Assembly (NCBI GenBank): GCA_951406725.2
Contig: OX597824.1
Span: 39,866,001-39,930,000, forward strand
Direction: 5' to 3'
Length of the DNA stretch: 64,000 nucleotides
Source: Octopus vulgaris
Taxonomy: Eukaryota
The translations under genes and the position numbers were made by a program. Under the pieces are notes generated by a model, which was given only the letters and a program-made list of their open reading frames with translations, searched no databases and was not told where the DNA came from. Shown piece by piece: positions 42,050 through 55,115 of the stretch (position 1 is its first letter; each line of letters opens with the position of its first letter).

Positions 42050-43920
42050 CTTTCTTTTATTAGCCACACAGGGCTGAATACAGAGGGGAAAAATACAAAT
42101 GTAGAGCTTTTCTTTTCGAGGGTGGAAAAGAAAAAGGAAAATAAATGTAAGATTTCGATCAAAAGGGATCGAGAGGAAAAAAGAAAAGAAAAAAATAGGA
42201 ATCGTGTATCACAGAAAAACTTTAAAAAAAACAAACATTGATAAAACAAGATTGGGTTCATCCGTGGGAAGAAAAGCCTACAGAAAAGACCACGGGAACC
42301 TCAGTCAGGGAGAAAATAACCACATGAGAGCAAAATGCTCTCTCTTTTTTACGATTTACAGGGTCATGCTCAAAATGGCTTCGTCACTCGCACGCACCAT
42401 CTTTGCAACATTCACCCATCTTTTTTTTTAATCTTTCGCGAGACAAAACTTTCCTCTCCATTCTCACCTTCCTTTTCAAGTGGTACTTGAAAAAGTTGAT
42501 GAGCGATTGGCCAGAGAGGTAAGTGTTTGTCTCTAATCCTTTCGCTCGGGTCCACCACACACATTCTTTCACCATGGCCACCAGTACGATGAAAACTGCC
42601 TTGCCTTCCCGGTTGAGGGAAGGGGGCGGAGCAATTTTCACGATAGACTCGGCCGATAAGCGGACTCGTCCCACACGTGACAGCAGCCGTTCGGCATAAG
42701 CCCACAGGTCTGAAATAGTTGGACATTGCACGAGTGCGTGCAGAACGATTTCGTCGCTCTGACCGCATCTCGGGCAAGTCGGTCCAGTGTGTCTGGAACC
42801 GTGTCTGTAGAGCTTATCCTGAACAGGTAAAGCTTCTCGATAGCACTGCCAGGCCATGGATCTTTGGTGATTGTTCATAGGTCCCGGCCCGAAAGTTGTC
42901 CTGAACAGGCGGGTCAGGTGTTCCTCGTCGACGCCCAGACTCTGCCCGAGATCGTCGTCGCACCTCCCCTTCACTAATCCTCTATAGAATGCCTTTATTG
43001 TGATGGAGTCGCACAAGTTTGATCCCGGACGGCAGAGTTGCTTGAGAGTAACGCGACACTCGCGGTGCCATTCGCCTAGCCTCGGTCTCTGCTTGATCCA
43101 TGACTGTAGTTCGGCCAATGAGACGAGCTGCGGGAAAGCGCGCCGCACAAAAAGCGACCACACCTGTTCACCGTTGTCTATGAAGCGCCGGAGATGTCGC
43201 AGTCTCAGCGCATTTCTGCGCATCATCAACCACGGCTTGCCCAGCCCTCTATTTAGCGGGTGTTGACAGCAAATGGATCGCCTAACCATCGGAATGTTTC
43301 CCTTCCACAGGAAGCGGAAGAGTATACGTTCCAGTTTGGTGATGGTAGGGTCGGGACAAGGCACGACGGTCAGACGATACTCGACGACGGATGCGATGTA
43401 CGCGTTTGCCACCTCCGCCCGACCTTTTAGGGATAGCTTTCTCTCAGCCTATTTCTGGGTGAGAGTAGCTACCCTAGTCGTTATTTCGCCCCAGTTCTTC
43501 TCCATTTGGAGGTCCGGACCGAACCAGCCCCCGAGCAATTTAACCGGTCCGTTGGTCCAGCGTCCCACGATGGAGACGCTGTTGGACGGCATGGGCCTGC
43601 TTCTCCAGGTGCCGAGCCGCAAGCCCACTGACTTTTCCCGGTTAATTTTTGCTCCTGTTACCGCTTCGTATTCTTTTAGTGTCTCGCCGACCAGCTCGAT
43701 GTGCTGGTAGCTCGACACTATGACGGTGACGTCGTCCGCGTATGCAGACACGCTCCTCCTGCATCCCAGCTCTCGTGGGATGCCCCTCAGCGTCGCCAGT
43801 TTCCGCAGTAGTGGCTCAAGAGTCAATACATACAGAAGCGATGAGAGGAGGCATCCCTGACGAACCGAACGCATGATGTTAAAAGGTCTGGATAGATGAC
43901 CATTTACGCGAACTACCAAG
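42050..43920 (-). mobile_element. L1/Tx1-clade LINE, 5'-truncated (RT C-terminal half, zinc-binding domain, 3' UTR)
   Basis: VRQGCLLSSLLYVL..EPL, SAYADDVTV, GAKINREKS, RFLWKG and CPRCGQSDEIVLHALVQC; ORFs 43449-44045 and 42384-43412 split by a stop; 3' end AATAAAAGAAA. Confidence 0.9.
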
Positions 43921-44391
43921 CGGAATGGTTCGCGGTTTCTCTTTGTATAGCATGTCTTTAAGAACACCCCACAAGAAGAAATCCGGAGGGCGGTCTTTCT
44001 GCTAGTTTTAATAAAAAGTGTTTGTTGCTCAAAGCGTCTGAGCAATTAAAGCTGCTTCTATAATAAATCAACATCGTTCATTAGATGTTCGATATACTGC
44101 AGGAGCATAGTGAGTATTATAATAAAAAATAGCTTTACTATTAAAATATTTCACCATTTTCTCGAGTTATTTCCATACAAAAAACATTTATTTCTCATTT
44201 GATGTTCTATATCCTGCATATATTACCATTTTGCCAACACACGACCATATACATCTTCGGATACAAGTGTATAATGTCTGGGTTTGTGTGTGTGTGTTTT
44301 TATGTTGCAGTGTATATTTGTTGGTCTCCATCTCCCATTCTCTCTCACCCTCTCTCTTTGCCTATCCCCTCTCTCTCTCTATCTCTCTCTA

Positions 44392-44444
<53 letters not shown>

Positions 44445-44544
44445 GCATGTCTTACTCTCTATCATAGACACCTCAGATACGTATTCTATTTTACTTTTCC
44501 TATCTATCGATCTCTCTATCAATCAATCTATCTATCTATCTATA

Positions 44545-44619
<75 letters not shown>

Positions 44620-44678
44620 ATACCTACCTATCTATCTGTCTGTCTGTCTGTTTGTCTGTCTGCCTGTCTATATATCAG

Positions 44679-44760
<82 letters not shown>

Positions 44761-44859
44761 CATCTATCTATCTATTTATCTATCTATCTATCTGTTTGTA
44801 TGTCTGTCTGTCTATCTATCTGTCTGTTTATTTGTCTAACTACTTCTTTAACTACATAC

Positions 44860-44890
<31 letters not shown>

Positions 44891-45019
44891 TGTATGTATG
44901 TATGTATGTATGTATGTATGTATGTATGTATGTATGTATGTGGGCTGGAGGCGCGTGAATGGGGGAGCACCTCTAATAGGTGGAACATGTGGTGATTTTC
45001 GATGTAGTTCGTCCGCTTT

Positions 45020-46260
45020 GATACTCATCTGACACCCAGCTCTCTTCTGTATGCATACAGCGTCAGGCGGGGATTCCAAACATGCGGTCGAAATACCAAG
45101 ACGAAAACATTGGTGATATCGCTCTCCATTGGCACGTTAAATGTGCGAATGTTCATTGACAGCTCCAAAGCAAACAGACCTGAGAGGCGGATAGCACTTA
45201 ACACAAGAAAACAGGACAAATTCCACATTGCGACTCAGAGCAAGACCAAGTTTCATACGAAGTTTAGTGACTGAGGTCAAAATCAGTTACATCTTCCTCT
45301 AAAGTGGCCATAGTGGCGACGAACGTCTGATCAGCAAGCTAACCAGCCTTCTCAAAGGACTGAATGACCGACTACGATTCTCCCTCAGAGGAAAGCGCCA
45401 TGCTACCATCATTAGTTCCTATACACTAACCGTGACTAACTCAAGGGAGGCCATAAATAGGTTTTATGAAGATCGGAAGCTCTCATAGGACAAGGGCGTC
45501 GTCCTCGGTGATATCAACACCTTAGCTGGTGCAGACTACCAAACACGAAATAGAGTCATTAGAAGGAACGGAGTTGGAGCAACAGCAACGATCATCTACT
45601 ACTGAAGACCTATTCAGTGCATGACTTGCTGATAACCAACGCAGCGTTTCGTCTGTCCAGCCGCAAAAAAAGACGTCTGAATGCATCCTCGCAGCAAACA
45701 TTGGCATCTAATTGACTATGCCGTAGTCAGAAGATGGGACAAACAGGATGTTAGAGTAACAAAGGCCATGTGTGGTGCAGAATGCTAGACAAATCACAGA
45801 CTCAGGAGATGGACACTGAGGAAGCTGGCAAACGAACGACAAAATATCAGCAAATTGGAACGGCAAAATGTGAAACAGAGCCTCGGTGAAGACCTAGGCA
45901 ACAAGGACAAGGTGGAAGAGGACTCAGTACGCGACTTCCTGTTCGCAAACAAGGGCCAACTCAACGCCAACACAGAGCCTCAGATGCAACACAGCATGAA
46001 CTGATTTTCCACTGCCTGCAGCAACTTATGGCTTTACAATCAGAAGACAGAAGTCATACACCAACCTGCCTCGAAGAAGCCATTTTTTTTAAAGCAACTA
46101 TCACTGTTGAAGGGGAAATCTTGAACGTTGTTGATAAGCTCACGTACATCGGCAGCACACTCTCCAAATCTGTGACGTATTGTCAAGGGAAGTTCAGCAT
46201 TCGGGTGGCTACGTGAATCGGTGTGGGAGGGGAGAGCATTAGGCTGGCCACCAAGTTAGT
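45020..46260 (+). mobile_element. RTE-clade LINE remnant (APE endonuclease and RT fragments)
   Basis: IGTLNVRM, WHLIDY.VVRR..QDVRVTKAMCGAEC.TNHRL and VEGEILNVVDKLTYIGSTLS motifs. Confidence 0.8.
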
Positions 46261-46265
46261 ATACC

Positions 46266-46498
46266 TATTTCTTTATTACCCACAAGGGGCTAAACATAGA
46301 GGGGACAAACAAGGACAGACATAGGTATTAAGTCGATTACATCGACCCCAGCGCGGAACTGGTACTTAATTTATCGACCCCGAAAGGATGAAAGGCAAAG
46401 TCAACCTCGGCGGAATTAGAACTCACAACGTAACGACAGACGAAATACCGCTAAGCATTTCATCCAGCGTGCTAACGTTTCTGCCAGCTCGCCGCCTT
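46266..46498 (-). mobile_element. SINE family B inserted into the RTE remnant
   Basis: Full head to tail; 9-bp TSD TAGTATACC. Confidence 0.85.
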
Positions 46499-46719
46499 TA
46501 GTATACCATGTAGTTGTACTGCTTACGGACGAACTAGTAATGATAGTGTAACCTCGGGCCAATTAATACCTTGTCTGTCTGTCTATCTGTCTGTCTGTCT
46601 GTCTGTCTGTCTGTATGTATGTATGTATGTATGTATGTATGTATGTGTGTGTTTATGTACGTGTGTATATATATTTATATATGTATATGGGCGTGTATAT
46701 ATATATATATATATATATA

Positions 46720-46849
46720 TAGGAGTGGTAAGTAGCCTGCTTACGAACCGCATGGTTCCGAGTTCAGTCCCACTGCGTGGTACCTTGGGCAAGTGTCTTC
46801 TACTATAGCCTCGGGCCGACCAAAGCCTTGTGAGTGGATTTGGTAGACG

Positions 46850-46924
<75 letters not shown>

Positions 46925-47150
46925 TGTATGTATGTATGTATGTATGTTTGTGTGTCTGTGTTTGTCCCCCATCATCGCTTAACAACCGATGCTGGTGTGT
47001 TTAGGTCCCCGTAAATTAGCGGTTCGGCAAAAAGAGACCGATAGAATAAGTACTAGGCTTACAAAGAATAAGTCCTGGGGTCGATTTGCTCGACTAAAGG
47101 CGGTGCTCCATCATGGCCACAGTCAAATGACTGAAACAAGTAAAAGAGTA
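46720..47150 (+). mobile_element. tRNA-derived SINE family A
   Basis: Matches 23848-24256. Confidence 0.85.
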
Positions 47151-47265
47151 TATATATTTGTGTATGTATATGTATATGTGTGTATGTGTATATATACAGT
47201 AAATTCGTTGAGTATATAATTAAAAGTAATAGTCTTTAATTTAATACATGGCTGTTGTTACAGGT

Positions 47266-47359
47266 GCCTCGGTAGCGCAGTAGGCAGCGCGTCAGTCTCA
47301 TAATCAAGTAATTATACAGAGGAATCTGAAGGTCGTGAGTTCGATCCTCACCTGGGGCA
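47266..47359 (+). tRNA. tRNA-Met-CAT: Elongator tRNA-Met(CAT) with 21-nt intron ATCAAGTAATTATACAGAGGA
   Basis: Identical exons; TTTTT terminator just downstream. Confidence 0.95.
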
Positions 47360-47959
47360 CATAGCTTTTTGTTTCTTGAGTGCTACGTAGGACTCATTTT
47401 TAAAATGGTGCTTTTAGATAACCGACTAACTCTATATGATAATAGCCGATACATATACACATACAACCGATAATAGCCAAATGTTAGCTTGTTGAGCTTT
47501 CTGCTAATGATTTACATCGTATAGAAAGGGGTGTAGAAGGAGTATAAAAATAATACAAAGAGAGTTAACATAAGAGGTGCAGGAAGAGTGTACATGATAG
47601 GCTTGGTGACAGGTAGTAAGAGAGAAATAAGCATAGAGACAGAAGATGAGAGGGAATACATATATGCAAGGCCAAACACAACATTCATCAAATCCGACAA
47701 CTACTATATTCTCCAGATCTTGCTCTTTGTAAATTTTCCCTTCTTTCCCCAAACCAAATCCCACTTAAAAGGGATGCTACAAGGCAGCCGTTAGCTATCC
47801 TAAAAAAAAAGGAACTCCATGAATGCTTACATCAATGGACACTAAGATGGATAAAGTGTCTGGCTTCAGAAGGGGACTAGTTTGAAGGAGATTAAATGCC
47901 AATATCTAGAAGTTTTCTGTTTATAACACCAGTCCCAACACTTTTTTTTATCAAACTTC

Positions 47960-48036
<77 letters not shown>

Positions 48037-48385
48037 CAGGGTGTCCCAAAAGTTTCGCTCGATTCTTATTTGGAAACCTATCGTAGGTTTATCAAGTAAT
48101 TTTATTGCATAGAACAATGATGAATAATGACTACGAATAAAACAATGGTGCAACAATGATAACTATGAACGAAATGATTCAAACTCTTCGCCATTGTTTT
48201 CGATACAAGAAAGCAAACGCGAAGCAACGCTGCGACAAGCCTTTTGGGACAGTTCTACGTCGACTGTAGCGAATTGCTTGTTAATAAGTCGACGAAGATC
48301 AGGAATGGTTCGCGGTTTCTCTTTGTATATCATGTCTTTAAAAAAAAACCACGAGAAGAAATCCATAGGGATTACATCGGGTGAA
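48037..48385 (-). mobile_element. Tc1/mariner transposase C-terminal remnant with TIR (second fragment at ~43921-43995)
   Basis: PMDFFSWFFFKDMIYKEKPRTIPDL...RLLSCIENNGEEFE; terminus TA-CAGGGTGTCCCAAAAG. Confidence 0.75.
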
Positions 48386-48631
48386 CAAACACGCTCTATA
48401 TATTTGTTCTTCTTATTTTTTTTTTAACTCATGTCCATTCTCCGGAAATGTTTCGTGACACATATGTGACCTCTTCAGTGACACTTTTCATTTTCGTCTG
48501 TGCTCTTGCACCAATTACTCCATTCTCCGTTTCTTTGGAAAAAAAAAATTCCCTCCTGAAATACAACAATATCTGTTTCAACACACGATTCCACATCTAG
48601 AATCTTGCAACACAAATTGATAAACGTATAA

Positions 48632-48705
<74 letters not shown>

Positions 48706-49349
48706 GTATGCGTGTGCATATGTATCTATATATATATATATTCATATATTATATATCTATCTATATATATATATGTGTGTGTGAAGGCACATGGTTTAGT
48801 GGTTTAGTGGTTAAGGTGTTGCACTCACGATTGCGAGATCGTGGGTTCGATTCCCAGACCGGACGTTGCCTTGTGTTCTCATTGAGCAAATCACTTCATT
48901 TCACGTTGCTCTGCGATCATTTCGACATTTCGACATCTGACATGTGGTACCTATACAAGTAATTTCAATCTGATGGAGGGAGTAAGGCAAAGCGATTCTG
49001 TCAGATACAAGGCCAGCCATTTTGTTAGGTTATCGCCCTTGCACAATGAACTCGCGCGATGGGAAAAACAGAATAACAACAAAATCTATTTAGCGTGTAT
49101 TTAAAGGAGTCAATATATGGGGAAGTAATTTGGGGCATAGGTAATTTAACGCTAATTAGAGACATACAAGAAAGTATTAAGATTAAATATATCACAATGA
49201 TTATGTAATTAATTCTTGATTTGTAATGTTTAATTCTCCGTGAGTAATCCTCATATATGCAAAATAATCGAGCTTATAGTAAATTCGTTGAGTATATAAT
49301 TAAAAGTAATAGTCTTTAAGTAGCCAAATAGATGGATGCTGTTACAGGT

Positions 49350-49444
49350 GCCTCGGTAGCGCAGTAGGCAGCGCGTCAGTCTCATAATCAAGTAAAGTCT
49401 TTAGAGGAATCTGAAGGTCGTGAGTTCGATCCTCACCTGGGGCA
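49350..49444 (+). tRNA. tRNA-Met-CAT: Elongator tRNA-Met(CAT) with 22-nt intron ATCAAGTAAAGTCTTTAGAGGA
   Basis: Identical exons; T-run terminator. Confidence 0.95.
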
Positions 49445-50337
49445 CAAATTTTTATTTTAAATAACTTTATTTTCTTATGCCATAGAGAGTTCGTTTTATA
49501 AATAGAGGTGGAGATATTTAACATAATCTGACTCAGATGGAAACCCATTTTGTAAGAGGATGTGTCATATTAGTTTCAAACTTTGGGGAAGTAGTCAATC
49601 GATTACATCTACTCGGTGCTCATCTGGTACTTATTTTATCGACCTCGAAAGGATGAAAGGCAAAGTCGTTCTTGGCGGAATTTGAACTCAGAACGTGAAA
49701 ACGGACTAAATGCCGTTAAACATTTTGCCTGACGTGCTAACGATTCTCTCAGCCAACCGTCTTATTAGGTTGTATCATACTGAGCAATCTTAAGCTTATG
49801 CGTTCGATCTTCATCTAAGGCATAGTGTTATGTCAACACAAACATTTGGTCACTATAAACAAATCATCAGCCAGCAATATTGAGGAGAAGGATTAGTCTA
49901 TACTTGTTATTTGACGGGTACTTATTATATCGAACCTAAATGGATGAAAGTTGAAATTGAACACGGCGAGAATTGAACTCAGGACGGAAAGGACTGGAAT
50001 AAATACTAGACGGTTATTCTGCCGGGCTAGCTGTCTCCAGTGAGATGGAGGTTAGTCGGTTCCTGCGGGAAGAAAGATCATCTCCCTTGCACAATGAACT
50101 AGAGGGAAGCAAAAATTAATATACTTGCATTGAAATTAGTTAACATATAATCAACTACTTACAAACATTAGTAATTAAAAGTTAGAGTTATTCAGAGAAA
50201 GTATTGAGATAAAATATGACATAATATTTTATCTCAATATGATATGGAGATTTTAAAAATCTTGCAAATATTTATACATTCCTTTATAAAATAGGCTTTC
50301 ATGTGTCAGAAAATATATTAATTCAGTAAAAGTAGCG

Positions 50338-50421
50338 TGCCACAGTTGAGAATCGAACTCACGAACTTCAGATTCCACAACTGATTATGGGCTGACGCGC
50401 TGCCGACTGTGCTACCGAGGA
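50338..50421 (-). pseudogene. Decayed tRNA-Met copy
   Basis: TGCCACAGTTGAGAATCGAACTCACGAACTTCAGAT...GCTACCGAGG. Confidence 0.8.
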
Positions 50422-50708
50422 ACTGACGACAGCATTTTCTAGCTACTTTCTAATTATTAGAAACTGTTACTTTCTGAATATTTGGTTGACCAATCAATTT
50501 ACTACAAGGTCTACCATTTCACATATTTAATGTTGCTAAAGGATAATTAATTACACAATTATGTAATTAATCCTCCTTTAAGAATTATGCAATTATTTCT
50601 CCTTTAGTAATGTTGTATATGTGAAATAATAGCCCTAGTAGTAGACAAAACAATCAGAAAGTAATTTGTTTTCCTTTAACAAGTCTACTAGAAGACATTG
50701 TCGTCAGT

Positions 50709-50803
50709 GCCTCGGTAGCGCAGTAGGCAGCGCGTCAGTCTCATAATCAAACTAAGCACGTTGAGGAATCTGAAGGTCGTGAGTTCGATCCTCACCTGGG
50801 GCA
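50709..50803 (+). tRNA. tRNA-Met-CAT: Elongator tRNA-Met(CAT) with 22-nt intron ATCAAACTAAGCACGTTGAGGA
   Basis: Identical exons; T-run terminator. Confidence 0.95.
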
Positions 50804-51348
50804 CATTACTTTTATTTTTTTAAGTTGAATGATTATATTTTCTGACACGGAAGAAAACCTAATTTATAAAGAAATGTATAAATGTTTGTTAGATTTAAAA
50901 AATCCCAAAATATTGAGGAATTTGAGGCTGATGACTTCCATCTTTGATGAGGGACAAATGTTCTTAATTTTCAATTATTTACTAAGAAACATCACATCAG
51001 CTCTTAAATGTCTAGCAGCACCGTATAGATAGACGGTCAACGAATAAATATACATTCTCCTAGAGGAGACTAGAACTTGAACATAAAACTGATAAAACTT
51101 TCGTTAATTTTAAAGTTATCTCCTTTCTGTCCTTAGTAGGTTGGTACCTGGTACATGATCCGTGTTTTACAACTAGGATCTATCCACCAAGCAGGATTCA
51201 TTTGACTGTTTTGTAGAGCATTTCAACTTGTGGGTCACACTCTATATAGTCGATCACTTAAAAATCTAAAAAGAAAATTACACCTTACTTTATAAAGCTG
51301 ATCTTCAAGTGTGTCAGAAAATGAATTTTTTCAAGAAAAAATAGCTCA

Positions 51349-51443
51349 TGCTCCTGGGGAGAGTCGATCTCACGGCCTTCAAATTCCTCCACAGACTTGG
51401 ATTGATTATGAGACTGACGCGGTGCCTACTGCGCTACCGTGGA
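51349..51443 (-). pseudogene. Decayed full-length intron-containing tRNA-Met copy
   Basis: 95-nt alignment with CAT retained; T arm, B box and acceptor stem mutated. Confidence 0.8.
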
Positions 51444-52220
51444 AAGTGACAGCTGGCGTAGTAGTTCGTTATATACACATGATTACTTTCTAATTGTTAT
51501 GCACTCACCTGATATGCATACATTATCTACTATTTCTTACATATGTCGTTATTACTCAGGTAATTTTTACAGAATGATTGCCATATACTTTAGCAATTTC
51601 CTTCTTTGAATAACCCTAATTAATATTAATTAGCTGTGTTTGTTATTACATTGTGTTAAAAGCTTTACCCGTTAATTAGGTAACATGTTGCTTTATTATA
51701 GTGTAAGGTTTTTGATGTTCTAAACTCAAAGTCAACTTTACCTTTTACCCTTCCGAAATCGAAAAACAATAAAGCACAAGTATTATACAGAGTCAATAAG
51801 ATTAAGTATAAGTCAAAAACTGGGTCTTTATTTTATCGCCTTGAATATTAGCTGTCAACGTGTATCAAGTAATCGATACCAGCTTGTTATAGGCTACAGT
51901 AGGTTGCTACAAAATGGACTAACGTTTCATCAATAATAACAGAGGAACAGCAACTGTTCCATACTGACCGAGTACACCTTCTGACTAGAAAAGGCCCCGC
52001 TGTGACCAGCCCCAGTATATGAACTATCTGGAAATGGTGAAAGTACATGTCCTGACTGCTTCAGTACATCCGATATGCCAGGCTGTGTCTTCGTATATCT
52101 GTTAGAAAATATAAATATATTACGGCTATTCGTCGACTAACTATACACATGATGTTATTGTACTATTCGGAGTTGAGCTGATGTGGGAGTTTTCAGAATA
52201 GTAAAAAAAACTTTCTAGAC

Positions 52221-52468
52221 CACTTTCTCAACACCTTTTTTTACTTATGGACCTCTTTGATTCCTATTTCACTTGGATGGACCCACATAGCCACTTGATG
52301 TGTAAAAAAAATTCTATTACGTTTTTATAATCAAATAAGTTTAGGAGTTGTATATAACAAAAGTATCGCAATATTGTGTGTATTGTAAAAGTATAGCCAA
52401 ATAAATTTCAATCACAAAATCTTACATGGACCCCCAAGGGCCATACGGACCCCGGATGAGAACACCTG
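52221..52468. mobile_element. hAT (Charlie-like) MITE
   Basis: Ends ...GAGAACACCTG; 8-bp TSD-like flanks TTCTAGAC / TTCTAGAG. Confidence 0.7.
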
Positions 52469-53046
52469 TTCTAGAGAGATAAATGATAAATGTATACACA
52501 TTATGCAGAATCAAAAACATTTTCCAGAAGTGTGGGTTGAATTCATAACCCCTTAGATTCCACAATAGAATTTGGAGATTTGTAAATCTAAGAAATATCT
52601 ACACACACCCTTCTATAAAATAGATTATTTTTGTATCAGAAAATAGAAACATTAAAGTAAAACAATATGCCCTTGGTGAGGATCGAACGCATAAGCTTAA
52701 GATTGATCAGTATGATACAACCTAATAAGACGGTTGGCTGAGAGAATCGTTCGCACGTCAGGCAAAATGTTTAACGGAATTTCGTACGTTTTCACGTTCT
52801 GAGGTCAAATTCGGCGAAGAACGACTTTGCCTTTCATCCTTTCGAGGTCGATAAAATAAGTACCAGTTGAGCACTGGGTAGATGTAATCGATTGACTACT
52901 TCCCCAAAATTTGAATCTAATATGACACATCCTCTTACAAAACGGGTTTCCTTCTGTGTCAGATTCTGTTAAATATCTCCACCTCTATTTATAAAACGAG
53001 CTCTTTATGGCATAAGAAAATAAAGTTATTTAAAATAAAAAATATG

Positions 53047-53141
53047 TGCCCCAGGTGAGGATCGAACTCACGACCTTCAGATCCCTCTGATGACTTTACT
53101 TGATTATGAGACTGACGCGCTGCCTACTGCGCTACCGAGGC
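53047..53141 (-). tRNA. tRNA-Met-CAT: Elongator tRNA-Met(CAT) with 22-nt intron ATCAAGTAAAGTCATCAGAGGG
   Basis: Identical exons. Confidence 0.95.
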
Positions 53142-53793
53142 ACCTATAGCAACACCTATATATTTGACTACTTAAATTAAAGACTATTACTTTTAATCAT
53201 ATACTCAACGAATTTACTATAAGCTCGATTATTTCGCATACATGAGGATTACTCACGATGAATTAAACATTACAAATCAAGAACTGATTACATAATCATT
53301 GCAATATGTTTAATCTTAATACTTTCTTGTATGGCTCTAATTAACTTTTAATCACCTATATCCCAAATTACTTTACCATATGTTGACTCCTTTAATTACA
53401 CGCTAAATAGATTTTGTTGTTATTCTGTTTTTTCCATCGCGCGAGTTCATTGTGCAAGGGAGATAACCTATCAAAATGGCTGGCCTTGTATCTGACAGAA
53501 TCGCCTTGCCTTATTTCTTCTGTCTATTTACGTCCTGAGTCCAAATCCAGCTAAGGTCAACTTTGTTTTTATCTTTCAGAGCTAGGATCGATCGAATAAA
53601 GTACCAGTCAAGTACTGGTGTCGATGGTATCCACTTAATTTCTCCAGTATTTTGTTAACGAGATAACCTACATGAATATGCTACGATCTAATCACGGAAT
53701 AAAAACATAAACAAATATACAAAAAAGAAAATGAACATTTTACATAACACGATGCCGCTTTATTTTATGCCTACTTATGTCCTTTATTTAAAA

Positions 53794-54208
53794 CTAGTGG
53801 TATTGCGTGGCGTTGCTCGGGTTTGTTTTCTTTTCGACCCTTTAGAATTGGAATTTTTGAAAAGTAAAACTTTAGCATTATGTAGCTTGTTATTCTCTTT
53901 AAGTGAATATTTTTCTGGTTGAAATACACCGAAAAATCGCGATACAGCAGTCAAAAAATTGTAAAAAAAATAGGGATTTTCATAGAAAAAAAGCACCTTT
54001 TTGATGTAAATACTTTTTGATGTAAATACTTTTTGGTGTTAATTTGGTGTTAATATGGTCCGATTTGAATTTTTTTTCTACGGAATGAAGAGCAAGCCTT
54101 CTTCTATCATTTTGGTCAACTTGCGCCGCAGGGTCTCGGAGGAGATAGTGTTAGTTGAAGCCTATTAAACCTGCCACACACAGACAACTTCAGCTTTATA
54201 TAGATAGA
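53794..54208 (-). mobile_element. Non-autonomous Helitron (related termini, different interior)
   Basis: CTAG end with GGCGTTGCTCGGG hairpin; TC end after ACAACTTCAGCTTTATATAGA. Confidence 0.65.
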
Positions 54209-54741
54209 TTGCATGATTTAAACGTTATCATGACATTAAATCCTGGCCGACATGAGCTTGAAGCTGATCAAGGCCAAAGTTTATTCCGGTTTCTATGACC
54301 TGCAAGCGACGAAATGTGCTATGTACTACTCTCCTGAATTGGACGCTAATCCGTCGGAGGGTTAACTTCCCTAGCAACTGCTGGCGCTTATTTTCAGTAG
54401 AGTGGGTTGGAGCAGTGGGAAATCAAATGTTTTACACAACGTACCGTGTTGTCTAGGAAATGAAACCAAGACCTTAAGATTGCAAGTCCTATATACTAAC
54501 CACTAAACCGTATTCTGCTCCTCAAAGGAACTGATTTAATATCACAAAGTAGTTTGTCCGCACTATAGCAACTGTAACTTTGGCATTTCACTGCTTTTAC
54601 AACAATAATAGTAAGTTACATTGATGACTGTACATGACTTCTTCTTTCTCCAAAATAGCTGCCAGGTTTGTTATGTCTGCACTTAGTATAGGTTTGGCGG
54701 GAATATTCAACCAATATTCTTTGTGTTAATATGTATCTTAT

Positions 54742-55115
54742 AGCAGAATCGTTAGCGCGCCAGACGAAAAGCTTAACGGCATTTCGTCTGCCGTTACTTT
54801 CTGAGTTCAAATTCCGCCGAGGTCGACTTTGCCTTTCATCCTTTTTGGGTCGATAAATTAAGCACCAGTTACGCACTGGGAACGATATAATCGACTTAAT
54901 CCATGTGTCTGTCCTTGTTTGTCCTCTCTGTGTTTAACCCCTTATGGGTAGTAAAGAAATAGGTATTTCGTCCATCTTCACGTTCTGAGTTCAAATTCCA
55001 CCGAGGTCAGCATTGCCTTTCATTCTTTCGAGGTCGGTAAAATAAGTACCAGTTGAGTACTGAGGTTGATATAATCGACTTACCCTTTACCCGAAATTGC
55101 TGGCCTTGTGTCAAA
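54742..55115 (+). mobile_element. SINE family B, two tandem units
   Basis: Family B domain and tail repeated. Confidence 0.8.

Larger units (their letters stand above)
48983..53513. repeat. Inverted duplication (arms ~48983-49830 and ~52660-53513)
   Basis: Each arm holds one intact tRNA-Met, a SINE B copy and a decayed tRNA 3'-half (49786-49822, 52668-52705). Confidence 0.9.

Noticed and set aside
43921-44045. N-terminal part of the 198-aa RT ORF as a novel fusion
   Set aside because: Read-through from an adjacent Tc1/mariner fragment (same as 48301-48365) into the truncated LINE
44199-45032. 277-aa ORF
   Set aside because: (CT)n, (CTAT)n and (TATG)n microsatellites
52520-52570. Additional tRNA-Met 3'-half relic
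   Set aside because: Similarity too weak to call without alignment statistics
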